A stretch of DNA of 63,882 nucleotides, counting the filler, from Candidatus Woesearchaeota archaeon (GTDB lineage Archaea > Nanobdellota > Nanobdellia > Woesearchaeales > BM511), in the NCBI GenBank assembly GCA_023266675.1. It is 6 parts of 6 records of this genome, joined end to end, with 100 filler letters (N's around TTAATTAATTAA, not from the genome) between each part and the next. Parts side by side here need not be neighbours in the genome. Positions count along the whole stretch, not along the records: positions 1 to 21,213 come from JAHFPP010000017.1; 5 more parts are not named here. The stretch is one strand, 5' to 3'. The first letter of the stretch is position 1, and every line of letters starts with the position of its first letter. Shown piece after piece: positions 1 to 8,322 of the stretch. A program made the position numbers and the translations under genes. The notes beneath the pieces were generated by a model. That model did not search any database. It had not been told where the DNA came from and worked only from the letters and a program-made list of their open reading frames with translations.

Positions 1-1
1 T

Positions 2-343
2 GAAAAAAAGGATTTAAAAAGAATTGTTGCTGAGATAAAAGATTTAAAAAACAATGGTGAAGTATCAATACCAGTATTTTCTTCAGATAATTATGATGTA
101 CAAATTTTTAAGGTTGATGAAGCAAAAAGAAGTGTTTATAGTGGTTGTAATCTAAATTATTGCGCTTGTTTTAAAAAAAATTCATACACAATCTGTGAAA
201 CTTTTAATATTGATAAGAATGAATTTAACTTAGATAATGATAAAACTATTGTGGAATTTTTAGGTTCAGCTTCCACTAAAAGTTCAATAAAACTAATTAG
301 GAGCGGAAATAAAGCACCAGCAATAACTTTATCCAATATCTGA
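2..343 (+). CDS. Hypothetical protein, C-terminal part (5' truncated by window edge)
   Basis: Frame open from base 2 (EKKDLKRIVAEIK...CNLNYCAC...TLSNI) to TGA at 341-343; absent from the ORF track because it has no start. Confidence 0.6.
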   Translation, partial: EKKDLKRIVAEIKDLKNNGEVSIPVFSSDNYDVQIFKVDEAKRSVYSGCNLNYCACFKKNSYTICETFNIDKNEFNLDNDKTIVEFLGSASTKSSIKLIRSGNKAPAITLSNI

Positions 344-401
344 CTTTTCAGCAATATTTATATACAAAACCTTAATTCTTTTTCTTTGCTAACCTAATCT
401 A

Positions 402-500
402 TATTGACGGTATTGATATAATCTTTTAATAAAGGTTAATCAAAACATGGCGTATTCAGATAAAAAATCTGAACACACCTTAAAAGTATTGACGGTATTG
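402..500 (-). repeat. Hairpin repeat element (reverse orientation) flanked by a 14-bp direct repeat of the tRNA-His 5' end
   Basis: TATTGACGGTATTG at 402-415 and 487-500; reverse complement of the 71-bp insert resembles the units downstream of the tRNA. Confidence 0.75.
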
Positions 501-647
501 GTGTAATCTGGTTAGCACTGGGGACTGTGGAATAACTGGTTACGGTCAGTTAACACCCAATAGCGGGCGTAAACTCTGTTTAGCCCACTGAGAAATTAAT
601 TGATATGCAGATATCCCCAAGTCCGGGTTCAAATCCCGGGTACCGTC
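491..647 (+). tRNA. tRNA-His(GTG) with encoded G-1 and 82-nt intron at 37/38 (531-612)
   Basis: Acceptor GACGGTAT/GTACCGTC; anticodon arm GGGGA-CT-GTG-G^A-TCCCC; BHB helix CTGT/GCAG with GGA and ATA bulges; T-loop TTCAAAT. Confidence 0.93.
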
Positions 648-1046
648 CTTTTATTTTTAAGTGTGTTACGATGTTTTTAGTAACACGCTGTCTTTTACTT
701 AATTTTTTGTAAAAAATTAATGACAATCCCGGGTACCGTCCCATTTTCATTTTTCTAAGTGTATTACTGTGTTTTGAGTAATACGCTGTCTTTTAGTCAA
801 GGTTTTGTAAAACGTTGGTGACAATCCCGGGTACCGTCCCATTTTTACAAATCTTTCGCAATTTCCACAACAACAAGTTGTTGGGAGCAAATAATTTTAT
901 TATTTTGCTGTAAGCGAGATTAAGGACTATTTCTAAAAATGAAATAGTCCGAACTGTTTTTGCTCAAGCTTTTTCACAAGAAAACAAAGTTTTCTGTGCG
1001 CAGAAAATATTTATATTTTCTTGCGTTTAAAAAGGTTGGTACCGTC
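632..1046 (+). repeat. Array of three hairpin-rich units, each ending in a copy of the tRNA-His 3' end
   Basis: AATCCCGGGTACCGTCC at 632-648, 725-741 and 823-839; GGTACCGTC at 1038-1046; shared GTGT(G/A)TTAC..GTAA(C/T)ACGC hairpin in units 1-2 and TTTT..AA..TTTT..AAAA..TT end motif in all three. Confidence 0.85.
975..1026 (+). repeat. Double-hairpin mini-element copy 1 (CACAAGAAAAC..GTTTTCTGTGCGCAGAAAAT..ATTTTCTTGCGT)
   Basis: Near-identical copies at 17434-17490 and 37327-37382 with variable loops. Confidence 0.85.
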
Positions 1047-1197
1047 ACATTTTTATTTATTATATTTTTTTAAGAACTATTTTTTTTCTTTTACTTACTA
1101 AACTAAATATATTCGAAGAGATTTATAAAAAAATTAAAAATATTTTTTATAAAATGTGCGAGAATTTCTGTGTCTTATAATTTTTCTAAATAAAAAA

Positions 1198-2772
1198 CTA
1201 TTCAAAATCATCTATGTATTCTTCTGTTTTCTCACTATCTTCTTTTTTAGAATCTTTGTTTAATATAACACGCTTCATCTTTTTCTTTGTATTGTAATCA
1301 TATGTCACTTTTACTGGTTTTAATGTGTATGGATTGAGTCCTGTGTAGTACATGCATGTTGAAACACTCATAGGTGTTGGTGTGAAAAGCTGAAAGCTGT
1401 CAGCGTCTAGCGATTCCATTCCTTTTTTTAATGCTTCAATTTTTTCCATTCTGTCGCCCGGATGCCCTATCATGAAGTAGTATGCCAACGATTGCTTCTT
1501 ATCCTTGTTTATGGATTTGTAATACTCAACAAATTCCTTGAATTTTCTCCCGGGCTTATTCATTAGTGCAAGGACTTCTTCATCCATGTGTTCAGGCGCA
1601 ACTTTTAGCCGTCCTGAGACGTGATATTTTGAAAGTTCATCAATGTATTCTTTGGAATTAAGCGCTAAGTCATATCTTATTCCGCTACGCACAAATATTT
1701 TTTTTATTCCGTTTATTTTTCTAGCTTCACGCATTAAGTGAATAACTCTTTTATGGGATACATCAATTTTTCCATTTTCAAAATCCATCCCGTACATATT
1801 TGCGGATGGACCTCCCATATCTTCAATATAACCATTAAATCCAGGAAGCTTTGTTATTTTTTTTATTTCATCAAGTATATTCTTTTCGCTTCTTGAAACA
1901 ATCTTGTCACCTTGCGTCAGCGTAATTGAACAAAAACTGCATCTCCCTAAACATCCTCTATGGGTCACAACCGAAAATCTTGCCATTTTAAGTAGAGAAT
2001 CCTTATTTAATTTTCTAGTGTAGGGAAGCGAGTATATCCAGTCCAAATCCTTTGAAGTGTATAATGGCGCTTTGTACTGCAAAACATAATTATTGTCATA
2101 TTCCTGCGCAAGGTTTTTGTTGTTTGAAAACATTCTTTGCATAATGCAGAATTTTATTTTGTCTTCACTTGCCTCTTTAAAGCTTGGAAGAATTTCAAAC
2201 GATGAATCAACTTCTTTTGACAAAACACATGTCCCGGCGATTCCTTTCAATTCTTTGTTATGCCTTACTCTATCTACAATTTCAGCAATTTGTTTTTCGC
2301 CTGAGCCATAAACAATTATATCCGCACGTGAATCCAAGAGTATTGATTTTCTTAGTGAATTACTCCAATAATCATAATGCAAAAAACGCCTAAGCGCAGC
2401 CTCTGTGCCTCCAATTACTATCGGAATTTTTGCATTCTTAAAATTCTCCTTAATCTTGTTGCAGTAAACTATAACTGCCCTGTCAGGCATTGCAAGAGTC
2501 TTGCTGTATTTGTCCTCGCCTCTTTTTTTCTTTAAAGGTGTATAATTGTTCACCATTGAGTCTATTGAGCCTGAAGTTACAGCAAAAAACATTTTTGGGT
2601 GTCCAAGCTTTAAAAAATCCTCATTTTTCAAAGGTTTTTCAATAATTCCTACAGAGCATCCTTTGTCTTCAAGCACTCTAGCTATTACACCAGCAGGTGA
2701 TAGCGGGTGGTCGTCATAGTATTCACCTGTTATCAGGATTACATCAAAATCTTTACCTTCTTTTGAAATCAT
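1198..2772 (-). CDS. ygiQ: YgiQ/UPF0313 family radical SAM protein
   Basis: DVILITGEYYDDHP, SGSIDSMVNNYT, MPDRAV, HRGCLGRCSFC (CxxxCxxC), DMGGPSANMYG, RSGIRYD, LKVAPEH. Confidence 0.9.
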   Translation of the reverse strand: MISKEGKDFDVILITGEYYDDHPLSPAGVIARVLEDKGCSVGIIEKPLKNEDFLKLGHPKMFFAVTSGSIDSMVNNYTPLKKKRGEDKYSKTLAMPDRAVIVYCNKIKENFKNAKIPIVIGGTEAALRRFLHYDYWSNSLRKSILLDSRADIIVYGSGEKQIAEIVDRVRHNKELKGIAGTCVLSKEVDSSFEILPSFKEASEDKIKFCIMQRMFSNNKNLAQEYDNNYVLQYKAPLYTSKDLDWIYSLPYTRKLNKDSLLKMARFSVVTHRGCLGRCSFCSITLTQGDKIVSRSEKNILDEIKKITKLPGFNGYIEDMGGPSANMYGMDFENGKIDVSHKRVIHLMREARKINGIKKIFVRSGIRYDLALNSKEYIDELSKYHVSGRLKVAPEHMDEEVLALMNKPGRKFKEFVEYYKSINKDKKQSLAYYFMIGHPGDRMEKIEALKKGMESLDADSFQLFTPTPMSVSTCMYYTGLNPYTLKPVKVTYDYNTKKKMKRVILNKDSKKEDSEKTEEYIDDFE

Positions 2773-2815
2773 TTAGTGAAGAGGCAGTATATTATTTAAG
2801 AATTTGATGTTTTTA

Positions 2816-2948
2816 GGTAGTATTGAAAAGTTAACCGTCTGTGCAATAAATTGCATTATTTACAGAGTAAATAACTGCAATGCCAGACGTAATCGAACGA
2901 ACTTATCAAAGTGAGTGAGATGCAGTAGGGTAACTTTTCAATAACGCC
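2816..2948. mobile_element. 133-bp MITE-like element with 21-bp imperfect TIRs and 8-bp TSD
   Basis: TIRs GGTAGTATTGAAAAGTTAACC (2816-2836) and GGGTAACTTTTCAATAACGCC (2928-2948); TGTTTTTA at 2808-2815 and 2949-2956. Confidence 0.8.
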
Positions 2949-2994
2949 TGTTTTTAGCAATATTTATAAATAACTAAGGCAATTAAATCGTTAG

Positions 2995-3387
2995 GTGAGT
3001 TTTATGGATGTAAAAAAAGAGGATATTTCATCATCATTGGCCAAGATAGGTAAAGTCTCGTTTATAATTGGAATCACGCTTTCAGTTCTTTCAGGATTAT
3101 ATATGGGGTACACTGGAGAAAGTCTTAGCACTTTTGTTCTCTCACTATTAATCTTAATAGGATTAATAATAGGGTTAATTAACGTTACACCAAAAGAAAC
3201 ACTTCCATTCATATTCTCAGTAATATCAATTTTCTTAGTCATGGCTTACGGCGGAAATTTTCTAAAAACAATTGATGTCTTTGGAATGTACATTGACGGC
3301 ATTGTAAGGGCGATGATGATAATGTTCATACCTTCAATGATAATTGTTGCATTAAAAACAATATGGGATTATGCAGTCGACGTATAG
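2995..3387 (+). CDS. Small membrane protein (~4 TM), unknown function
   Basis: Hydrophobic segments, GLIIGLINVTPKE motif; TTTATAAA box upstream. Confidence 0.75.
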   Translation: MSFMDVKKEDISSSLAKIGKVSFIIGITLSVLSGLYMGYTGESLSTFVLSLLILIGLIIGLINVTPKETLPFIFSVISIFLVMAYGGNFLKTIDVFGMYIDGIVRAMMIMFIPSMIIVALKTIWDYAVDV

Positions 3388-3551
3388 TTCATTATTTTTC
3401 TAATTTTTATTAATATTAAATCGGTAGATTTTTAAATAGGCTCGATTTTCTTTTAATTATAGCCCGAGTTCACGCGCAGTTAGGGTTTAAGCATTTTTAA
3501 GCAATAATCGTCGTGAATTCTAGCAAACTAAAAAATTAAGTTGTAATCAAA

Positions 3552-4025
3552 ATGGAAAACCAAGAATTTAAACACATTGTAAGGATTCATAACACAGACC
3601 TTAAAGGAGAAAGACAGTTAATAATGGCTCTCCAGAAAATAAAAGGAATAGGTTTTATGTTCTCAAGCATGATTTGTTCAATGTCAGGTATACCAAAAAA
3701 TAAGAAAGCAGGTTTACTAACCGAAGTAGAAGTGCAAAAACTTGACAAAATTCTAGCAAATCCAAAATCATTTGGAGCACCACTTTGGATGCTTAACAGA
3801 AGAAAAGACGTTGAAACAGGAGAAGACTCTCATATATTCACAGCAGACTTAACATTTAAAAATGATAATGACAAGAAAAGACTGCAGAAAATAAGATCCT
3901 ATAAAGGACTTCGACACGCAGTAGGATTACCAGTAAGAGGACAAAGAACAAAATCAAACTTCAGAAGAAACAAAGGAAAAGCAATGGGCGTCAAGAAGAA
4001 TCAGGATGCCAAACAAGGAAAATAA
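3552..4025 (+). CDS. rps13: 30S ribosomal protein uS13
   Basis: ALQKIKGIG, WMLNRRKD, GLRHAVGLPVRGQRTKSN. Confidence 0.98.
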   Translation: MENQEFKHIVRIHNTDLKGERQLIMALQKIKGIGFMFSSMICSMSGIPKNKKAGLLTEVEVQKLDKILANPKSFGAPLWMLNRRKDVETGEDSHIFTADLTFKNDNDKKRLQKIRSYKGLRHAVGLPVRGQRTKSNFRRNKGKAMGVKKNQDAKQGK

Positions 4026-4057
4026 TAGCTTATTTTAACAAATAAAAAGGTAACAAA

Positions 4058-4735
4058 ATGGGAGATCCAAGAAAAACACGAAGAAAATACACAACACCAG
4101 AACATCCATGGAGACGAGAACGACTGGATTCTGAAAAGATAATCAAAGTAACCTACGGACTAAAAAATAAGACAGAGATATACAAGATGGATTCATTCTT
4201 AAGAAGAATAAAATCCCAGATGAAAAAACTTTCATCATTAGAAACCGCTCATGCTGAAAAAGAAAGGCAGCAGCTTTTGTCAAAACTTAAAAAACTGAAT
4301 TTAATAAGTGAAGAAGCAACAATGGATACAGTCCTTGGACTTGAATTAAAAAACGTCATGGACAGAAGACTTCAGACAATCGTATTCAAAAAAACACTTT
4401 CAAACTCAATCAAGCAGGCAAGACAATTCATAATACACCAGCATATAAGTATTGGTAACAGAAAAGTCACATCACCAAGCTACCTTGTGTCTGGAAGCGA
4501 GGAATCAATGATAACATTTGACCCAAGATCATCATTATCAAATGAAGACCACCCAGAAAGGGTCGCTTCACGAAAAGATATTAAGAAGGAACTTGAAAAA
4601 ACAAAGCTAATCAAAAAAGAAGTAAAGCCAATCGACGAAGATTTGGATATGCCAGAACTACCAACACCAGAAAAGGAAGTAGTCATATCAGATGAAGAAG
4701 CAGCAGAAATTGAAAATGCTGTAGCTAAAGAATAA
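4058..4735 (+). CDS. rps4: 30S ribosomal protein uS4 (archaeal type, acidic C-terminal extension)
   Basis: MGDPRK..YTTPEHPW, YGLKNK, RRLQTIV, QARQFIIHQHI. Confidence 0.97.
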   Translation: MGDPRKTRRKYTTPEHPWRRERLDSEKIIKVTYGLKNKTEIYKMDSFLRRIKSQMKKLSSLETAHAEKERQQLLSKLKKLNLISEEATMDTVLGLELKNVMDRRLQTIVFKKTLSNSIKQARQFIIHQHISIGNRKVTSPSYLVSGSEESMITFDPRSSLSNEDHPERVASRKDIKKELEKTKLIKKEVKPIDEDLDMPELPTPEKEVVISDEEAAEIENAVAKE

Positions 4736-4745
4736 GTGAATCACT

Positions 4746-5159
4746 ATGAGAGAACAACCAACACAACAAAAAGGAATAAGATGGGGAGTAGTTCATATTT
4801 ACTCATCATACAATAACACAATTATTCACATAACTGATATTACAGGAACTGAAACCATCGCAATATCAAGCGGCGGACAGGTAGTAAAATCACACAGAAT
4901 GGAGTCATCACCAACAGCAGCAATGACTGCATCAAAGAAAGCAGCAGAAATTGCGATGGAAAAAGGAATAACAGGACTTCACGTTAAAGTAAAAGCGCCA
5001 GGAGGACACAACGGTCCAATGAGCGCAGGACCTGGAGCGCAGGCAGCAATAAGAGCATTATCAAGAATGGGACTACGAATAGGAATAATTGAAGACGTAA
5101 CACCAATACCTCACGACGGATGCCGAAAGAAAGGCGGAAAAAGAGGAAGAAGAGTATAA
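4746..5159 (+). CDS. rps11: 30S ribosomal protein uS11
   Basis: [37 protein letters not shown]. Confidence 0.98.
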   Translation: MREQPTQQKGIRWGVVHIYSSYNNTIIHITDITGTETIAISSGGQVVKSHRMESSPTAAMTASKKAAEIAMEKGITGLHVKVKAPGGHNGPMSAGPGAQAAIRALSRMGLRIGIIEDVTPIPHDGCRKKGGKRGRRV

Positions 5160-5186
5160 ATTTAAAATCAAAAGAGTGTTTAAAAA

Positions 5187-5984
5187 ATGGAAGTAGAAAT
5201 AATCGAGCAAAACAAGAAAGATGGTAAAACTAAGTTTATACTTTCAAAAACAACACCAGCATACGTAAACACAATCCGAAGAATAATTGTAGCAGAAGTA
5301 CCAACAATGGCTATTGAAGACATTGAATTTCGGCAAAACAATTCAGTATTATATGATGAAATGATAGCATTAAGACTCGGATTAATTCCATTAACAACTG
5401 ATATCAAAGCATACAATCTGCCTTCAAAATGCAGTTGTAGCGGTGCAGGATGCGCAAGGTGCCAGCTAAAACTCACACTCAAAGTATCAGGACCAAAAAC
5501 AGTATATTCAGGAGACATAAAATCAAAAGATCCAAAAGTAAAACCTGTATATGATAAAATAATAATTGTAAAGCTGCTTGAAGGGCAATCACTTGAATTT
5601 GAAGCAACAGCAGTACTTGGTGTAGGAAAAGAGCATGCAAAATGGGCACCTGGACATATATACTTTCAAAATGCTCCAAAATTAAAAGTATTGCATCAGC
5701 CAGAAGACGTTCAAAAAATGGTCGCTTCATGCCCAAAATCAGTATTTGAAAATAAAGCAGGAAAATTTGGGATAAACGAGAAAAGAATAAACAACTGTGA
5801 CTTATGCGAATCATGCCTTCACGTACCAGGAGAAGACGGCGTTATGGAAGTAAAAGCAGATGAATCAGAATTCATATTCACAATCGAATCATGGGGACAG
5901 TTAAGCCCTAAAGAAATAATTGAAAAAGCAGTCGAGACGTTCGACGAAAAACTTGAAGAGTTCAAAGGACTTTTGAAGGAATAA
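5187..5984 (+). CDS. rpoD: DNA-directed RNA polymerase subunit D (Rpo3) with ferredoxin-like Cys domain
   Basis: NTIRRIIVAEVPTMAIE, NSVLYDEMIALRLGLIPL, GKEHAKW, CDLCESC; operon position. Confidence 0.96.
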   Translation: MEVEIIEQNKKDGKTKFILSKTTPAYVNTIRRIIVAEVPTMAIEDIEFRQNNSVLYDEMIALRLGLIPLTTDIKAYNLPSKCSCSGAGCARCQLKLTLKVSGPKTVYSGDIKSKDPKVKPVYDKIIIVKLLEGQSLEFEATAVLGVGKEHAKWAPGHIYFQNAPKLKVLHQPEDVQKMVASCPKSVFENKAGKFGINEKRINNCDLCESCLHVPGEDGVMEVKADESEFIFTIESWGQLSPKEIIEKAVETFDEKLEEFKGLLKE

Positions 5985-6024
5985 AATATAGCCCAAATAT
6001 AACTCTGACTTAAACGCAAACATT

Positions 6025-6108
6025 GCGGGTGTGCCGGAGCGGTCAAACGGGCTAGGTTGAGGGCCTAGTAGCTTAGTGCTTGCGCGGGTTCGAGTCCTGT
6101 CACCCGCA
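6025..6108 (+). tRNA. tRNA-Leu(GAG)
   Basis: GCGGGTG/CACCCGC-A acceptor, CTAGG-TT-GAG-GG-CCTAG anticodon arm, long variable arm, GTTCGAGTC. Confidence 0.95.
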
Positions 6109-6153
6109 TATATTCATAAATATTCATATTAAAAAAAATAAAGGAAAAATAAA

Positions 6154-6507
6154 ATGACAACAACAAACACTCAATTGGCAGAATTGATAAATGACTTAAA
6201 AAAAGTCTCAAGCGAGAATGACGCAGGAATCTGGAAAAGAATAGCTTACGATTTATCAAAATCAACAAGACAAAGAAGAATAGTTAATCTTTCAAAAATA
6301 AGTAGATACTGTACTGAAGACGAAGTAATCGTTGTGCCAGGAAAAGTTCTTGGAAGCGGAGAATTAAACAAAAAACTGACAATCGCAGCATACCAGTTCT
6401 CAGATCAGGCAAGAGAAAAAATAAAAGAAGCCAAAGGAACATCACTTGATATTTCAGAATTAATAAAAAAGAATCCACAAGGTAAAAAAGTAAGGATAAT
6501 GGGATGA
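6154..6507 (+). CDS. rpl18e: 50S ribosomal protein eL18
   Basis: IWKRIAYDL..RQRRIVNLSKI, VVPGKVLGSG. Confidence 0.96.
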   Translation: MTTTNTQLAELINDLKKVSSENDAGIWKRIAYDLSKSTRQRRIVNLSKISRYCTEDEVIVVPGKVLGSGELNKKLTIAAYQFSDQAREKIKEAKGTSLDISELIKKNPQGKKVRIMG

Positions 6508-6511
6508 AAAC

Positions 6512-6931
6512 ATGAAAATAATTGACGCTAAAGATCTAATCATTGGACGATTTGCAACAATTGCAGCAAAACAGGCATTACTAGGCGAAGAAGTCATAGT
6601 GATAAACTGCGAAAAAGCAATTATAACAGGCGGACGGCCAAACATAGTTGAAAAATTCCAAAGAAAAAGAAGCATGGGAACACAGGCAGTAGGACCATTC
6701 TTCCCGCGAAGTCCTGACAGAATTGTAAAAAGAATAATAAGAGGAATGCTTCCATACAAACAGCCAAAAGGAGACGCAGCATTTAAGAGAGTAAAATGCT
6801 ACAACGGAGTTCCAGAAGCTTTTGAAGGAAAAGAATCAATGCAAATAAAAGAAGCTAACGTTTCAAAAATGCCAAACTTAAGATACATGACAGTAGGGCA
6901 AGTTTCAAAAGTTTTAGGTAACAAACAATAA
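6512..6931 (+). CDS. rpl13: 50S ribosomal protein uL13
   Basis: IDAKDLIIGRFA, VINCEKAIITG, RIIRGMLP. Confidence 0.96.
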   Translation: MKIIDAKDLIIGRFATIAAKQALLGEEVIVINCEKAIITGGRPNIVEKFQRKRSMGTQAVGPFFPRSPDRIVKRIIRGMLPYKQPKGDAAFKRVKCYNGVPEAFEGKESMQIKEANVSKMPNLRYMTVGQVSKVLGNKQ

Positions 6932-6944
6932 AAGGTTTTATACA

Positions 6945-7340
6945 ATGAAAAAAGCAATACACATTTCAGGAAAAAGAAAAAGAGCAATTGCAAAGGCAAC
7001 ACTAACAGACGGAAAAGGTATAGTCAGAGTTAACGGATGCCTTTTAGAACACTACGAACCTGAATTTGCAAGACAAAAAATCATGGAACCATTCCTACTT
7101 GCAGGAAGCCCAACAAACATAGACGTAAATATCAAAATCATAGGCGGTGGCGTAACATCACAGGCTGACGCAGCAAGACTTGCAGCAGCAAGAACAATGA
7201 TACAGCACACACCATCACTTAAAAGCGTATTTTTGGACTACGACAGAACACTGCTTGTTGCTGACGTAAGACGAAAAGAATGTAGTAAGCCAAACAGGCA
7301 CGGTCAAGCAAGGTCAAAAACACAGAAGTCATACAGATGA
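6945..7340 (+). CDS. rps9: 30S ribosomal protein uS9
   Basis: SGKRKRAIAKA, GGGVTSQADAAR, YDRTLLVADVRR, QKSYR. Confidence 0.97.
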   Translation: MKKAIHISGKRKRAIAKATLTDGKGIVRVNGCLLEHYEPEFARQKIMEPFLLAGSPTNIDVNIKIIGGGVTSQADAARLAAARTMIQHTPSLKSVFLDYDRTLLVADVRRKECSKPNRHGQARSKTQKSYR

Positions 7341-7352
7341 GGAAATAAAAAA

Positions 7353-7550
7353 ATGATAATTCCAGTCAGATGCTTTTCATGCGGAAAACCAGTAGGACAC
7401 TTATGGGAAGAATACTCAGAAAGAGTCAAGCGCGGTGAAGACAAGAAAAAAATCATGGACTCACTCGGCCTTGAAAGATACTGCTGCAGAAGCGTATTCC
7501 TAGGACACGTTGAACTTGCTGATATGGCTTCAAAGTTTAAGAAGTATTAG
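7353..7550 (+). CDS. rpoN: DNA-directed RNA polymerase subunit N (Rpo10)
   Basis: MIIPVRCFSCGK...LGLERYCCR. Confidence 0.97.
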   Translation: MIIPVRCFSCGKPVGHLWEEYSERVKRGEDKKKIMDSLGLERYCCRSVFLGHVELADMASKFKKY

Positions 7551-7636
7551 TTTTTTCTAAAATATTTTTTTAATAATTTAAATTTTATTAAAATAGAAAT
7601 CTATAAATTCTAAACTAATTTCACCTTCAATATTAC

Positions 7637-7707
7637 ACGGCTGTGGTCTAGTGGTATGATTCGAGCTTCCCAAGCTTGCGGTTCGGGTTCGATTCCCGGC
7701 AGCCGTA
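7637..7707 (+). tRNA. tRNA-Gly(CCC)
   Basis: ACGGCTG/CAGCCGT-A acceptor, CGAGC-TT-CCC-AA-GCTTG anticodon arm, GGTTCGATTCC. Confidence 0.93.
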
Positions 7708-7775
7708 TATTAATTCTGAAACTATAAAATATAAAACACGAAAGGATTATATATACTTTTTAAATCATATACGAT

Positions 7776-8234
7776 ATGGTTAGAGAAAGAATAAATACGG
7801 ATACTGGTTTTTATTTTGTTGATGATAATAAAAATAATAAGAATTTAGTAAATAAAAAAAATGAAAAAGACACAAGAAAACTTTTCCCATGGTTAATACC
7901 TATAATAAATAGTTATGATGAATTAACTATTTATCTACAGCAATATAATTCTACTAAAAAAGATTTAATAATACCTACATTAATAAACTATTCAAAATCG
8001 CTTAAAAAAACTCAAAAAGAAAAAAATTCAGATGAAACTGTTCATAATGAAATAATTAAGTTATTAAATACTTTAGAAGAAATGAATAATAAACATGCGG
8101 ATAACGAATTTCTAAGAGCAGATATAAATAAAATAATAAAAGAATTTGATTGGGAACTATCAGGTACACAATATCAAGAAAAATATATAACTAAAGTTAG
8201 AGAGTTAATAGAAAAAACTAATTTTAGATTATAA
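7776..8234 (+). CDS. Hypothetical protein (very AT-rich, helical)
   Basis: 152-aa ORF with TATA-like box upstream; no recognised motif. Confidence 0.6.
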   Translation: MVRERINTDTGFYFVDDNKNNKNLVNKKNEKDTRKLFPWLIPIINSYDELTIYLQQYNSTKKDLIIPTLINYSKSLKKTQKEKNSDETVHNEIIKLLNTLEEMNNKHADNEFLRADINKIIKEFDWELSGTQYQEKYITKVRELIEKTNFRL

Positions 8235-8322
8235 TCACTCCGAATTTCTTAATGTTATTTTTTTAATATATTCAACTCAAATCCCCATAAACTTTAAATA
8301 TTATCGACTAATTCAGTTTCTA

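Noticed and set aside
157..354. Minus-strand 65-aa ORF and the many other short antisense or alternative-frame ORFs in the track (e.g. 2093-2393, 5180-6268, 12286-13374, 34791-36929, 55390-55974, 63377-63766)
   Set aside because: Shadows of confidently identified genes or tRNAs, with no motifs
632..1046. CRISPR array interpretation of the repeats after tRNA-His
   Set aside because: Repeat is the tRNA 3' end, spacers are 76-200 nt and homologous to each other, and no cas genes are present
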